Positions 47,729 through 57,834 of a stretch of DNA of 64,000 bases are shown here, piece after piece. How positions within the stretch are numbered: position 1 is the stretch's first letter; every line of letters begins with the position of its first letter. This DNA is from Deltaproteobacteria bacterium (GTDB taxonomy: Bacteria > Desulfobacterota > Deferrimicrobia > Deferrimicrobiales > Deferrimicrobiaceae). The notes beneath the pieces were generated by a model. That model was not told the origin of the DNA, did not search any database, and was given only the letters and a program-made list of their open reading frames with translations. The DNA lies in assembly GCA_016220005.1 (NCBI GenBank), contig JACRIV010000025.1, forward strand, positions 1,359 to 65,358, given 5' to 3'. The position numbers and the translations under genes are program-made.

Positions 47729-48532
47729 ATGAAAAAGGAATACGTGCACGGATATACGACAAGGGAAAACCGGAGGCTCGTAGACCAGGCCACGACTTTG
47801 GCGGAGTTGTTGCACTCCGACACGGTCTATCCGCCGGGAAGCACCGTCCTGGAGGCGGGATGCGGAGTCGGAGCGCAGACCGTGATCCTCGCGCGGAACA
47901 ACCCGGAGACCCTCTTCACCGCGATCGATATATCGAAGGATTCCCTGCGTACGGCAAGTGACCGGATCGCCTCCGAAGGGCTGGAGAACGTCTCATTCCG
48001 GCGCGGGGACATTTTCCATCTTCCGTTCCCGGACGAAAGCTTCGACCACGTGTTCGTCTGTTTCGTCCTGGAACATCTCCTCAACCCCAAGGAAGCTTTG
48101 CAGGCATTGAGAAGAGTGCTGAAAAGCGGAGGGACGATCACCATCATCGAAGGGGACCACGGGTCGACGTACTTCCATCCCGACAGCCCGCATGCCCGGA
48201 GGGCGATCCAGTGCCTGATCGACGTCCAGGCAAGCCTGGGCGGCAATGCGCTGATGGGGCGGCAGCTTTACCCCATCTTGGCCGGGGCGAAGTTCCGGGA
48301 CGTCCGGGTTTCGCCGAGGACGGTCTATGTCGATGCGTGCAGGCCGGGTCTCGTCGAGGGTTTTACGAAGAACACCTTCATTGCGATGATCGAGGGGGTT
48401 CGCGAGCAGGCCCTGCGCCTGGGGCTTCAAGACGAGGCGGCGTGGGAGAAAGGCGTTCGCGACCTGTACAGGACCGCCGACGGCGACGGCACGTTCATCT
48501 ATATGTTTTTCAAGGGCACGGCCGTCAAGTAA
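47729..48532 (+). CDS. Class I SAM-dependent methyltransferase
   Basis: Motif I VLEAGCGVGAQT and post-I/II motifs are present. 267 aa. Confidence 0.8.
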   Translation: MKKEYVHGYTTRENRRLVDQATTLAELLHSDTVYPPGSTVLEAGCGVGAQTVILARNNPETLFTAIDISKDSLRTASDRIASEGLENVSFRRGDIFHLPFPDESFDHVFVCFVLEHLLNPKEALQALRRVLKSGGTITIIEGDHGSTYFHPDSPHARRAIQCLIDVQASLGGNALMGRQLYPILAGAKFRDVRVSPRTVYVDACRPGLVEGFTKNTFIAMIEGVREQALRLGLQDEAAWEKGVRDLYRTADGDGTFIYMFFKGTAVK

Positions 48533-48561
48533 GGCTCCCATGGGGGGACGCCCTCACGCCC

Positions 48562-49404
48562 TCAATCCGCGGCGATGACCATCTGCTCGAACCGCATCGA
48601 CTCCAGGTCTCCCACGACCACCGTCAGCCCGGAAGAGGACTGTCCCGGCTGGATGCAGACGGTGCGGCCCACCTTGGCCAACCAGACGCCGCTCTCGTCC
48701 GGCGATTCATGGATATGCCCGTGGAGTGTGAGGAGCGGCTGGAGCGATTCGATGAACCGGAACGTGGAGAAGGACCCCACCTCCATCCCTCCCCGGCAGA
48801 CGTCCAGGCCCAGGCGGGCCGGCGGCCCGTGGATCACGTAGACGGCCCGGCCGGGGTCGCGCGGCGCCGGAAGGGAGAAGAGCTCCTCTTCGATCGTGGG
48901 GAGCGCCCTGGCGTAGGCCGGCCAGTCGGGGATCTCTTCCCATCCGCCCGGCAGAGAGAGGATCCCATCGCCGAACTGGGGAGGAAAGGTGAAGTCGCGG
49001 ACGTCCATCCTTGCGCGGTCCTTGAGGCGGAAAGGGAAATCGGTCACCAGGTTCATTCCGATGTAATCGTGCGGCCCGATTTCCACCCGCCGCTTTGCGA
49101 TATTCTCGACGAGCGGGTATTTCGCGCAGGCCGCCTCGAACAGCGGGTCGTGGACGCGCAGGTCGTCGTTCGCCGTCAGTCCGAGATGCCGGATCCCCGA
49201 GGCCTGGTACCCGGCGAAGTGTTCATCCAAAAATTCCCGGATGAACCGCGCTTGCTCCTCGTGCAGCCGCCCGTGAGGTAACATGTCTCCCCCGTTGATG
49301 ACCAGGGATGCACCGCGTTCCTTCGCCAGGGCGAGCGTCCGCTCGTACTTCCACCGGCTCCCGTGCAGGTCCGTGACGAACACGAAAGTCCCCATGGGTA
49401 GCAT
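48562..49404 (-). CDS. Metallophosphoesterase (calcineurin-like)
   Basis: Motifs FVTDLHGS, GGDM, GNHE-like and GHIHE. Start taken at Met11 of ORF 48562-49434. Confidence 0.75.
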   Translation of the reverse strand: MLPMGTFVFVTDLHGSRWKYERTLALAKERGASLVINGGDMLPHGRLHEEQARFIREFLDEHFAGYQASGIRHLGLTANDDLRVHDPLFEAACAKYPLVENIAKRRVEIGPHDYIGMNLVTDFPFRLKDRARMDVRDFTFPPQFGDGILSLPGGWEEIPDWPAYARALPTIEEELFSLPAPRDPGRAVYVIHGPPARLGLDVCRGGMEVGSFSTFRFIESLQPLLTLHGHIHESPDESGVWLAKVGRTVCIQPGQSSSGLTVVVGDLESMRFEQMVIAAD

Positions 49405-49466
49405 TATAATCGTCGGGCCGGTCCGAATCTTCAAGAGACGGGGAGAGGTTGTAGGATAATGAACCC

Positions 49467-50099
49467 ATGCGCCGGGTCCTCCTCGTCTCCGCCAACCGGG
49501 ACCATTTCCCGGAGCCGATCTTCCCGCTGGGGGCGGCGTACGTGGCCTCCGCCCTGAGTAAGGGCGGGGCGCAGGTCCGTATCGTCGAGGCGGGGTTCTC
49601 CCCCTTTCCCCTCCGCTTCCTGCGCCGGGAGGTAGCCGCGTTCCGGCCGGGCGCGGTCGGCCTCTCGCTGCGAAACCTCGACAACGCCGCCTATCCCCGC
49701 ACGCGGTGCTACCTGCCCTGGCATGTGACGGTAATGGGCGCGCTGCGGCGGGCCACGGATGCCCCGGTCTTCCTCGGCGGCCCTGCCTTCTCCATCGAGC
49801 CGGAAGGAGTCCTTGCGCTGCTCCGGGCCGACGGCGGCGTCGCCGGGGACGGGGAGGAGGGGATCGCCTCGAGCGAGGGCGTCATCGCGCCTGGAGAGTC
49901 CCTCCTGGGACCCCGGTTCTACTTCGCCGGCGGCGATCCCGCGTGGCTCCTGCGCCGGGTCTACGAGGCCGCATCGATGCGGCGGCACTGGTTCCTTCCC
50001 GGCGCGCGCGACTGGAGCTCCCACATCGGTCCCCCGCTCCTGCGCCTTTTCCACCGCACAGGCGGCCCCATGTGGCGCATCTTCCGCGCACCCCGGTAA
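49467..50099 (+). pseudogene. Truncated B12-binding-domain radical SAM protein (N-terminal domain only)
   Basis: VLLVSANRDHFPEPIFPLGAAYVASAL... matches the cobalamin-binding N-terminal domain of B12-rSAM enzymes. No CxxxCxxC radical SAM core follows. The ORF ends at the repeat element and a convergent gene. Confidence 0.5.
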
Positions 50100-50101
50100 T
50101 C

Positions 50102-50184
50102 GGGGACATCTCTGACATGGGGGACATTCCTATCTCAAGTGCCACGTTGAGGAGTGTCCCCCACCAGGGGAGAGGAGTGTCCCC
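50102..50184. repeat. Palindromic repeat element, copy 3 (GGGGACAT / GAGGAGTGTCCCCC units), between convergent genes
   Basis: Same core motifs as the copies at 34155-34268 and 35021-35100. It forms a hairpin, GGGGGACAT ... GAGTGTCCCCC. It overlaps the 3-prime end of the minus-strand gene 50135-51316. Confidence 0.5.
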
Positions 50185-51316
50185 GCCCGATTATATCGAT
50201 GATGGTGACCTCGGGCGGGGAAAGGAAACGCATCGGAGGCCCCCAGGTCCCCGTCCCCCGGCTGATGTAGAGGGCGCCCCCGTCGCCGGGAGTGTACAGC
50301 CCCGCAAGGAGCGGGTACCAGAACCGGACCAAGAGGCGGAACGGGAAGATCTGCCCGTTGTGGGTGTGCCCGGAGAGCTGCAGGTCGAACATCCGGTGGG
50401 TCACGTTCGACAGGAAGGGGCGGTGCTTGAGGAGGATCGTGAACAGGGGGGAGGGCGCTGCGCCCAAAAGCTCCTTCTCCCCGCGTTCGGAAGTCCGGCC
50501 GAACGCCCGGCCCACCGGGTCGTCCACGCCGGCGATGCGCAGGACGTTCCCGACCGTCACCGTTTCTCCCCGGAGGACGGTGAACCCCGCGCGGCGGGTG
50601 AAGTCGAGCGCCTGGCCGATCCCCGCGTAGAACTCGTGGTTCCCCGTCACCGCGTATTTTCCCAGGGGCGGCCGGATCTCCCGGAAGATCTCCGACAGGC
50701 CGTCGAGGTGGTTGATCCGCCCGTCCACCAGGTCCCCCGTGGAGACGAAGAGGTCCGGGTTCGCCTTCCGGACCGCCGACGCGATGGCGTTCGCCCGGTC
50801 GTGCCGGACGATCAGCCCCAGGTGGACGTCGGAGATCTGGGCGATGCGGAGGCGATTTGTTCCGGCCGGCAGCTTGTCCGTGCGGATCCGGATGTGCTCG
50901 ATCCGAGGGTGGGAGGCTTCGAAGAAGGAATAAGCCCCAAGGGCCACGGACAGTCCGGCCAGGGCCAGGAACGGCGCCTTCCCGTATGTGATCGCCGCGG
51001 AGGCCCCCCGGCTGGAGACCGCTCCGGCAAGGCGGACGAGCAGGTTGAGCGCGTCGATCGCGAGGTTCATCCAGGTGAAGAAGAAGAGGAGCCCCATCCA
51101 GGTGTAGCCTAGCCACGAAGCCGCCTTGGCCGCCGTCTCCAGCTTGTGCTCTCCGAGATAGTGGACGATAAGCGGTCCGCAGCAGAGCGCCGCCAGGACG
51201 AGGATTACCGCAGTCGACGTCCCCCACCCGAACCCCAGGGCGGTCCTTGCCTTCTGGAAAGCGTAGGCGTGGACGCCGCCGTAGACCAGGAAGAAAGTCA
51301 GAAGGAAAAGGGACAT
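50135..51316 (-). CDS. Membrane-anchored metallophosphoesterase (YkuE/MPP superfamily)
   Basis: N-terminal TM helices, then phosphoesterase motifs (ISDVHLG, GDLVD, GNHE, GHTHNG). Confidence 0.75.
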   Translation of the reverse strand: MSLFLLTFFLVYGGVHAYAFQKARTALGFGWGTSTAVILVLAALCCGPLIVHYLGEHKLETAAKAASWLGYTWMGLLFFFTWMNLAIDALNLLVRLAGAVSSRGASAAITYGKAPFLALAGLSVALGAYSFFEASHPRIEHIRIRTDKLPAGTNRLRIAQISDVHLGLIVRHDRANAIASAVRKANPDLFVSTGDLVDGRINHLDGLSEIFREIRPPLGKYAVTGNHEFYAGIGQALDFTRRAGFTVLRGETVTVGNVLRIAGVDDPVGRAFGRTSERGEKELLGAAPSPLFTILLKHRPFLSNVTHRMFDLQLSGHTHNGQIFPFRLLVRFWYPLLAGLYTPGDGGALYISRGTGTWGPPMRFLSPPEVTIIDIIGRGHSSPLVGDTPQRGT

Positions 51317-51423
51317 GTCTCCACCGGTTGGATTCTCGCTCCCGGTATTATCTCCGATTCTCCCGCGGCGGGCACGGATGGATTGTGAGATAATTCAGCC
51401 AGCAATCTTTTCGGAGGGACGGC

Positions 51424-51693
51424 GTGCCGACTTACGCGTACAATTGCGATCGATGCGGGGAGTTCGAGACGACCCAGAAGGTGACGGAGCAACCGCTCTC
51501 GAAATGCCCGCACTGCGGCGGGGGGATCAAGCGTCTTATCGCCGGGACGGGGGGATTCGTCCTGAAGGGCTCCAACTGGGTCTCCAAGATGCCCTCCACG
51601 GGGGAAAGCGCCAGGAAAAAGGCCGACCGCTTCATGAAGCAAACGGTGGGTGAGGTCGCCGAGGACATCGCGAAGCACTCGAAACCGCACTGA
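51424..51693 (+). CDS. FmdB-family zinc-ribbon protein
   Basis: MPTYAYNCDRCGEF...CPHCGG, the FmdB putative regulatory zinc ribbon. Confidence 0.7.
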   Translation: MPTYAYNCDRCGEFETTQKVTEQPLSKCPHCGGGIKRLIAGTGGFVLKGSNWVSKMPSTGESARKKADRFMKQTVGEVAEDIAKHSKPH

Positions 51694-51742
51694 GGACGAG
51701 GCGGGCGGCGCAGCGAACCCATGGATGGGTGAGCGCGAGCCG

Positions 51743-52783
51743 CTACCGCCTCATCACCTCCCGCAGCGCCCGGACCGCCCGGGCGATGTCCTTTTTCCCG
51801 ATCCCCAGATGCGTGACCGCCCGGAAGAGCGGGAAGGCCCGATCGTCCAGAAGGACCCCGCGGGACTTCAACGCTTCCTGGAAATCGGGCAACCCCATGG
51901 CGGGCGTCATCCAGCGGAACAGGACGATGTTCGTCTCCACCGGCGCGTTGACCACTTCCACACCGGGGATCTCTTCGAGCGCCTGGGCGAGAGCCCGGGC
52001 GTTCTCGTGGTCCTCGGCCAGCCGGTCGACGTGGTGCTTGAGCGCGTACAGCCCCCCCGCGGCCACGATCCCCGCCTGGCGCATCCCCCCGCCGACCCGG
52101 AAGCTAACGTTACGCGCCTCCCCCACGAAATCCTTCGAGCCCATTACCACCGATCCGACGGGGGCGCCGAGCCCCTTGGAGAGGCAGAACATCAGCGAGT
52201 GCGCCACTTTTCCGTAGGAGGCGGGCGACACCCCGGAGGCGACAGAGGCGTTGAAGATCCGCGAGCCGTCGATGTGGAACGGGATGGAGGCTTTGTTGCA
52301 CACCTGGCGGATCCGACGCAGGGCGGCCAGGGGATATACGGAACCCCCGCCGGCATTGTGGGTGTTCTCGGCGGTGACCAGACGGACCTTCGAACGGGTG
52401 CGCGACGGCGCCGCAGCGATTTCCCGGGCGACCTCTTCCGCCGAGAAGATCCCTCCCGGAGCGTCGATCCCCGCGATGGACACGGACGCAAGGTGGGAGA
52501 TGGCGGGGCTTTCCCGCCCCGCGATGTGGGAGGCGGAGGACGCCACGATGACGTCCCCGGGCCGCGTCCACGCCGAGACCGCGCACAGGTTTCCCATCGT
52601 CCCGGAGGGGACGAAAAGGGCCGCTTCCTTGCCGAACAGTTCGGCGGAGTATCCCTCGAGCGCCCGGACGGTGGGATCCTCCCCGCGTTGCGCGTCTCCC
52701 ACCTTCGCGCGGGCCATCGCCTGGCGCATCCCGGGCGTGGGGAGCGTGACCGTGTCGGAACGGAGATCGATCTCCCCGGGCAT
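51743..52783 (-). CDS. ltaE: Low-specificity L-threonine aldolase (PLP)
   Basis: 346 aa resembling beta-eliminating lyase / threonine aldolase family (DLRSDTVT, SGTMGN, FCLSKGLGAPVGS). Confidence 0.8.
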   Translation of the reverse strand: MPGEIDLRSDTVTLPTPGMRQAMARAKVGDAQRGEDPTVRALEGYSAELFGKEAALFVPSGTMGNLCAVSAWTRPGDVIVASSASHIAGRESPAISHLASVSIAGIDAPGGIFSAEEVAREIAAAPSRTRSKVRLVTAENTHNAGGGSVYPLAALRRIRQVCNKASIPFHIDGSRIFNASVASGVSPASYGKVAHSLMFCLSKGLGAPVGSVVMGSKDFVGEARNVSFRVGGGMRQAGIVAAGGLYALKHHVDRLAEDHENARALAQALEEIPGVEVVNAPVETNIVLFRWMTPAMGLPDFQEALKSRGVLLDDRAFPLFRAVTHLGIGKKDIARAVRALREVMRR

Positions 52784-52789
52784 GGCGGA

Positions 52790-53521
52790 CTAAACGGTTG
52801 CGGTGAGGAACACGGACTGCGGGACCCCCGGGCGAAGCTCCAGAAGCTCCCCATTGCCCAGAGGCCGCCAGTCGGAAGAGTCGTCGATCGGCTCGCTCGC
52901 CACTACAGCCTGTCCCGGCATCGCCCGCAGGTAGAGGGTATAGTAGTCCTCGTCCTTCCGGTAGTTACGCAGGACGAACAGCGATCCCCCGGAGAGGATC
53001 AGCAGGTTGGCGGCCGAATAGCCGCCCACAAGCGTACGATCGCAGAGCATCTGCGTCAGGACCTCGGAGAGGCGCGGGAGGGTTCGCTCCCGCCACAGGT
53101 CCGTGAGCCGCTCGAGGAAGACCAGCGTGTCGCTCACGTTGCGGCCGTCCGCCTCCTCGCCGATCTTCCCCTTGAACGTCCCGTTGTGGGCCAAGGCCAA
53201 CCCGGGGGCAAGGAACGGATGGGCGTTGCCGGCGTTCACCGTCGCGGTGTTCGAGGCGTACCGGACGTGCCCGATGAAACGGTCGGTCCGCACCCTGACG
53301 TCGGGAAGGAGGGGGTCGGCGCCGGCCGGTTTCCCGCTGCGCACGATCCTGGTTTCATCCCCGTGGCGATAGGCCATCCCCCACCCGTCCGGATGGTTTC
53401 CACCCGGGCGTCTTTCCCAGCGTTCCAGGAGATTTCCACACCGGGAGAGATCGGCCAGGCTCGCCAGGTAGGGCGCTACGTCCAGCGGTTCCTCGGAAGC
53501 GTAAGCGATCATGCGGCACAT
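52790..53521 (-). CDS. Class II glutamine amidotransferase (Ntn-hydrolase, YafJ-like)
   Basis: N-terminal MCR(M)IAY, i.e. Cys2 as the nucleophile after Met removal. GATase-2 fold. Confidence 0.7.
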   Translation of the reverse strand: MCRMIAYASEEPLDVAPYLASLADLSRCGNLLERWERRPGGNHPDGWGMAYRHGDETRIVRSGKPAGADPLLPDVRVRTDRFIGHVRYASNTATVNAGNAHPFLAPGLALAHNGTFKGKIGEEADGRNVSDTLVFLERLTDLWRERTLPRLSEVLTQMLCDRTLVGGYSAANLLILSGGSLFVLRNYRKDEDYYTLYLRAMPGQAVVASEPIDDSSDWRPLGNGELLELRPGVPQSVFLTATV

Positions 53522-53630
53522 TGCATAAACCTTTCTTGTAAACGATGTGGCAACCCGTCATTCCGTTTCGGAAACGGGGACTTTGCGTTCTTCGAGGATC
53601 ATCCCGATCCGGAGGGCCCCGGGGGGGTCT

Positions 53631-54944
53631 TCATGACCCCGGGCCGGTGTAGCTGACCGGCCGGTTGATGAGGGATTCGTAACTGACGGAACGGTTGCGC
53701 CCCCCGTTCTTGGCCGCGTACATCGCCAGGTCGGAGAACCGGATCATGTCGTCGATCGTGTAACCTTCGTAATATTCGACCATGCCGATGGAGACGGTCA
53801 TCGTGACCGGCGGGTTCCCGGGCAGCGGGCGGAACTCCTCCTCGGAGAAGAGGATGCGGAACCGCTCCGCGGCGACCATCGCCCCGGCGACGCAGGTCTC
53901 GGGCAGGAGGATCACGAACTCCTCCCCCCCGAACCGGAAGGAGGAATCCATCGTGCGGAAGTTCTTCCGGACCACCTTGCCCAGCGTCTTGAGGACCTTG
54001 TCTCCCTCGTTGTGCCCGTAGGTGTCGTTGTACTTCTTGAACCGATCCACGTCGATCATGATGATGGAGAACGGGACCTTGGTCCGCGCGGCCCGTTCGA
54101 GCTCCTTCTGGGCAAGGGAAGAGAAATGACGCCGGTTGTAGAGCTGCGTCAGGGTATCCGTGATCGAGAGGAGCCGGAGCTCCTCCTCCATGGCTTTGCG
54201 CGCGGAGATGTCCCGGATGATGGCGGTGACGACTTTCTTCCCCCGGATCTTCTTCTCCGCCATGGACATCTGGATCGGGAACTCCTTCCCTGTTTTTCCG
54301 AGGGCGGACAGCTCCACGTACTTCCGGAGGACGAGCGGGTCGCCGGAGGCCGCATAGCGCTCGATCTGCTCCCAGTTATCCCCGTACTTGGGCGGCATGA
54401 GCCGGCGGAAGTTCATCCCGACCATCTCATCCTTGGTGTACCCCAGCATCGCCTCCGCGGCGGTGTTGAGCATCACGATGTTCCGGTCCTCGTCGACGCT
54501 GATGATGGCGTCGCTCGCCGACTCCACGATGCCGCGGAACCGCTCCTCGGACTCCCGGTACTCCTGCTCGAGGGCCTTGCGCGCGGTGATGTCCGTGAAG
54601 AACCCGATGACTCCGATCTCCTTCTCACCCTCATGGAGCACGGCGCAGGAGAGGCGGATGGGGATCTTCCTCCCGTCCTTGTGGAGCGCCTCCGTCTCGT
54701 AGTCGATCAGCCGCCCTCTCCCGCCGTAATCCTCCGAGTAGAGGCATACTTTGACTTCCCGGGCTCCTCCCGTGGGGTAGAGGGAGGAAACGTTGACCTT
54801 CCCGACCACCTCGTCCCGGGTGTAGCCGAAGACCCGCTCGGCGCTGGCGTTGAAAAGAAGGATGTTTCCTTCCCTGTCGTTGCAGACGATCCCCTCCGGG
54901 CAGATGTACAGGAGCTTTTCGAATAGTCTCGGGGGGATATCCAT
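53631..54944 (-). CDS. Diguanylate cyclase with two PAS domains (PAS-PAS-GGDEF)
   Basis: GGEEF motif (RFGGEEFVILL). Two PAS domains precede it. Confidence 0.8.
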   Translation of the reverse strand: MDIPPRLFEKLLYICPEGIVCNDREGNILLFNASAERVFGYTRDEVVGKVNVSSLYPTGGAREVKVCLYSEDYGGRGRLIDYETEALHKDGRKIPIRLSCAVLHEGEKEIGVIGFFTDITARKALEQEYRESEERFRGIVESASDAIISVDEDRNIVMLNTAAEAMLGYTKDEMVGMNFRRLMPPKYGDNWEQIERYAASGDPLVLRKYVELSALGKTGKEFPIQMSMAEKKIRGKKVVTAIIRDISARKAMEEELRLLSITDTLTQLYNRRHFSSLAQKELERAARTKVPFSIIMIDVDRFKKYNDTYGHNEGDKVLKTLGKVVRKNFRTMDSSFRFGGEEFVILLPETCVAGAMVAAERFRILFSEEEFRPLPGNPPVTMTVSIGMVEYYEGYTIDDMIRFSDLAMYAAKNGGRNRSVSYESLINRPVSYTGPGS

Positions 54945-55048
54945 GACGCAAAAACCCCGTTTTAATGATTTTTCAGGATTCTATCACAGAGGCCGGACAT
55001 CCCGCCAGTGCCTGGAATGCGCCCATGTCCGACAGGGTTTCCTCGGGT

Positions 55049-56095
55049 TCAGGCATCAAGGGGCGTTCCCCCGGACTCCTTGTATACAACGCAAACAAAA
55101 AGGAAAAGAAGGCAGATCAAATCGACCGCCAGCGCACCGGGGTTCAACCGGACCGCGGGAGCCAGGAAGACGTAACGTTCGACCAGGATCCCCGACAGGA
55201 TGGAGAGGGAGACGGCGGTTACCACGTAGGGGTTCGATTTCGCCCGCGTGGACAGGAGAGCCGGGAAGGGGAGAAAGAAGAGGAGGAAGAGGACCGAGAC
55301 GGCGAGCTCGCGGAAAGGCGATACGGATGTCCTTTTCGCGATGAAGCTCACCTCCTCGGGGATGTTCCCGTACCAGATGGTGAGGTACTGGGCGAAGAAC
55401 AGCCCCGCCCACAGGAGGCTGAAGCCGAACATCAGGACGGAGATATCCGAAAGGGAGGACCGGGCATCCGGGTCGTCCGTGCGAGGAGGTCTTCCGTGGA
55501 CCAGGATGCACAGGATGGCCGAGACGGCAAAGCCGGCATAGAGCGCCTCGATGAAGAAAAAGCCCCCGAAGAGCGTGCTGTACCACGGATACTCGAGGGA
55601 CATGACCAGATCGAAGGCGGCAAGGGTCTGGGACGTGACGAAGACGAAGAGGTAGGTCGCGGCGCGGACCGTCTTCGTTTCGCCGTTCGCCTCGACGGCC
55701 GCCGCGAACCTCCCTGCCGTGACGTAGGCAAGCAGCAGGAAGGCGAGATTGCGGCCGATGAAAAAGTCCTTCCGAAGCCAGAGCCCCGGGCCGCCGGCCC
55801 AGGGGTAGGAATCCACGAAGGGAATCAGCAGGAGGAGGAGGAACGCCAGCAGGAGGAGGAGCGGGCGCACCGAGAGGAGTTCCCTCTTGACGGAGCCGAC
55901 CCACCGGGCGTTCACCATGGTGCCCGCCGCCGCCGCGGCGATGCATCCTTCCACGACCGTTCCCCAGAAGAGGAGCGCCAGGAGGAGCGATCCTCCTCTT
56001 CCCGCGAGAGGGCTCATGGCGACAAAGGCCAGGAGAGCCGCCGCGATGACGAGAAGCACGGCCAGGCTTCCTTTCTTTTCCAGTAACGCCTTCAT
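55049..56095 (-). CDS. actF: ActF-like NrfD-family membrane subunit of alternative complex III (short paralog of ActC)
   Basis: 348 aa, ~9 TM. DLVMSLEYPWYSTLFGGFFFIEALYAG aligns with the ActC segment DFAMSLLPGWHTTIFAPYFVAGAIFSG. The start overlaps the actD stop. Confidence 0.5.
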   Translation of the reverse strand: MKALLEKKGSLAVLLVIAAALLAFVAMSPLAGRGGSLLLALLFWGTVVEGCIAAAAAGTMVNARWVGSVKRELLSVRPLLLLLAFLLLLLIPFVDSYPWAGGPGLWLRKDFFIGRNLAFLLLAYVTAGRFAAAVEANGETKTVRAATYLFVFVTSQTLAAFDLVMSLEYPWYSTLFGGFFFIEALYAGFAVSAILCILVHGRPPRTDDPDARSSLSDISVLMFGFSLLWAGLFFAQYLTIWYGNIPEEVSFIAKRTSVSPFRELAVSVLFLLFFLPFPALLSTRAKSNPYVVTAVSLSILSGILVERYVFLAPAVRLNPGALAVDLICLLFLFVCVVYKESGGTPLDA

Positions 56096-56517
56096 CTCGT
56101 CGGTCCTTCCTCGACAAGGATCACGAAGCGATTTCCGTATTCCTCCTTCGACCGGATGTTCCGGATGCTCGGCAGGCGGGACAGCAGGAGAAAGCCCAGA
56201 AACGTGGATAGGGACCCGAAGAGGATCGTGAGGGCGAAGGCGATGATGATGAAAGGGGGAATGGAGACGATCGGCTTCCCCCCGACGATGAGGGGCCAGC
56301 TCAAGGTCGTCAGGATGGTGAGGGCAAACCCGGTAATCGTGCCTGTCCCCGCGCCGATGAGCGCGAAGAACCGGACGTTCGAGCGTTTCCGCGGCAGGAT
56401 CCTGTCCACTTCGGGGAGGGGGAACGGCGTGAGCACGCGGATCCTCTCCGGAGGCACCCCCTCGCCGACCAGCCGGCGCAGCGCCTCCACGAACTCCTCC
56501 TTCCCGTCGAAGATCAT
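56092..56517 (-). CDS. actD: Alternative complex III subunit ActD (DUF3341)
   Basis: Internal ATG (MIFDGKEEFVEALRRLVGEG...) of ORF 56092-56730. C-terminal 2 TM helices. Starts 11 nt after the actC stop. Confidence 0.55.
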   Translation of the reverse strand: MIFDGKEEFVEALRRLVGEGVPPERIRVLTPFPLPEVDRILPRKRSNVRFFALIGAGTGTITGFALTILTTLSWPLIVGGKPIVSIPPFIIIAFALTILFGSLSTFLGFLLLSRLPSIRNIRSKEEYGNRFVILVEEGPTR

Positions 56518-56528
56518 TGGCTTTGGAC

Positions 56529-57830
56529 TCACAGGTGTTCCTTGATCTCGGAAATGGAGAGCAGGGGCAGGGTCTTCACGAAGAGCAGGTAGAGCATGAA
56601 GAACATCCCGAAGGCCCCGAGGGTGATACCCACCTCGACATAGGTCGGGCGGTAGATGAGCGCGTTCCACGCGTAGGGGTCGTAGTCCCTGGACAGGGAA
56701 GAGACGATGATCACGAACCGCTCCAGCCACATCCCCACGTTCACGAGGAGGGAGACGATCAGGAGGTACGGGATGTTGCGCCGGAGCCTCATCGCGAAAA
56801 GCGTAAGCGGGATGATGGAGTTGCAGGCGACCATGATCCAGAAGAAGACCTTATAGTGCCCCAGGGCGCGGTACCGGAACAGTTCCGTCTCGAAGATGTT
56901 CCCGCTGTACCAGGCAAGCCCGAACTCGATGACGTAGGCGTAGGAGACGATGAGCGAGGTCAGGAGAAGAATTTTCGCGATGCTCTCGAAATGGTCGTCG
57001 GTGATGTACCGGTAGAGGTTGAAAGTCTTCCGCATGGGGACCACCAGGGTGATGACCATCGCCGTGCCGGAGAAGATCGCACCGGCCACGAAATACGGGG
57101 CGAAGATGGTGGTGTGCCAGCCCGGAAGGAGGCTCATGGCGAAATCCCACGAGACCACGGAATGGACCGAGGCGACAAGGGGGGTGGCGAAGGAGGCCAG
57201 GAAGAGGTAGAGCATGTTGTAGTGCCGCCACTGGCGCCCGGTTCCGCGCCACCCGAGGGAGAGCACGGCGTAGATCGTCTTCCGGATCCCCTCGCGGCGC
57301 CGCCTGGCGATGGCCAGGTCGGGGATCATCCCCACGTAGAAGAACACGGCGCTGACGGTGAAGTAGGTGCCCACCGCGAAGACGTCCCAGATCAGGGGCG
57401 ACCGGAAGTTGACCCAGAGCTGCCGCTCCGTCGGGTAGGGGATGAGGTAGTAGAAGACCCAGGAGCGACCCAGGTGGATGAGGGGGAAGAGCCCCGCCAC
57501 CATGAGCGCGAAGACGGTCATCGCCTCCGCCGGGCGGTTGAAGCTCGTCCGGTACCGGGCGTGGAAGAGGTAGAGCACCGCCGAGATGAGCGTTCCCGAG
57601 TGGGCGATCCCCACCCAGAACACGAAGTTCGTGATGTAGACGGCCCAGTTGACGGGATGGGTGTACCCCGCCACCCCGAGGCCGTTCCGGATCTGGTAAG
57701 CCCAAAGGAGTCCGCCGCCGACCGCCAGAGACGCCGTGACGCCCAGGCCCAGGAGATAGGCGCGGCCCGGCTTCTCCATCGCCTTCAGGATGTCCTCGTC
57801 CGCCCGCGCGTATTTTTCGGGGTCGGTCAT
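56529..57830 (-). CDS. actC: Alternative complex III quinol-interacting membrane subunit ActC (NrfD/PsrC family)
   Basis: 433 aa, 10 TM, NrfD-family motifs. Confidence 0.85.
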   Translation of the reverse strand: MTDPEKYARADEDILKAMEKPGRAYLLGLGVTASLAVGGGLLWAYQIRNGLGVAGYTHPVNWAVYITNFVFWVGIAHSGTLISAVLYLFHARYRTSFNRPAEAMTVFALMVAGLFPLIHLGRSWVFYYLIPYPTERQLWVNFRSPLIWDVFAVGTYFTVSAVFFYVGMIPDLAIARRRREGIRKTIYAVLSLGWRGTGRQWRHYNMLYLFLASFATPLVASVHSVVSWDFAMSLLPGWHTTIFAPYFVAGAIFSGTAMVITLVVPMRKTFNLYRYITDDHFESIAKILLLTSLIVSYAYVIEFGLAWYSGNIFETELFRYRALGHYKVFFWIMVACNSIIPLTLFAMRLRRNIPYLLIVSLLVNVGMWLERFVIIVSSLSRDYDPYAWNALIYRPTYVEVGITLGAFGMFFMLYLLFVKTLPLLSISEIKEHL

Positions 57831-57834
57831 CGCG

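Noticed and set aside
49706-53656. Plus-strand ORFs 49706-51112 (468 aa) and 51650-53656 (668 aa).
   Set aside because: They are antisense to the membrane phosphoesterase, threonine aldolase and GATase genes and have non-protein-like composition.
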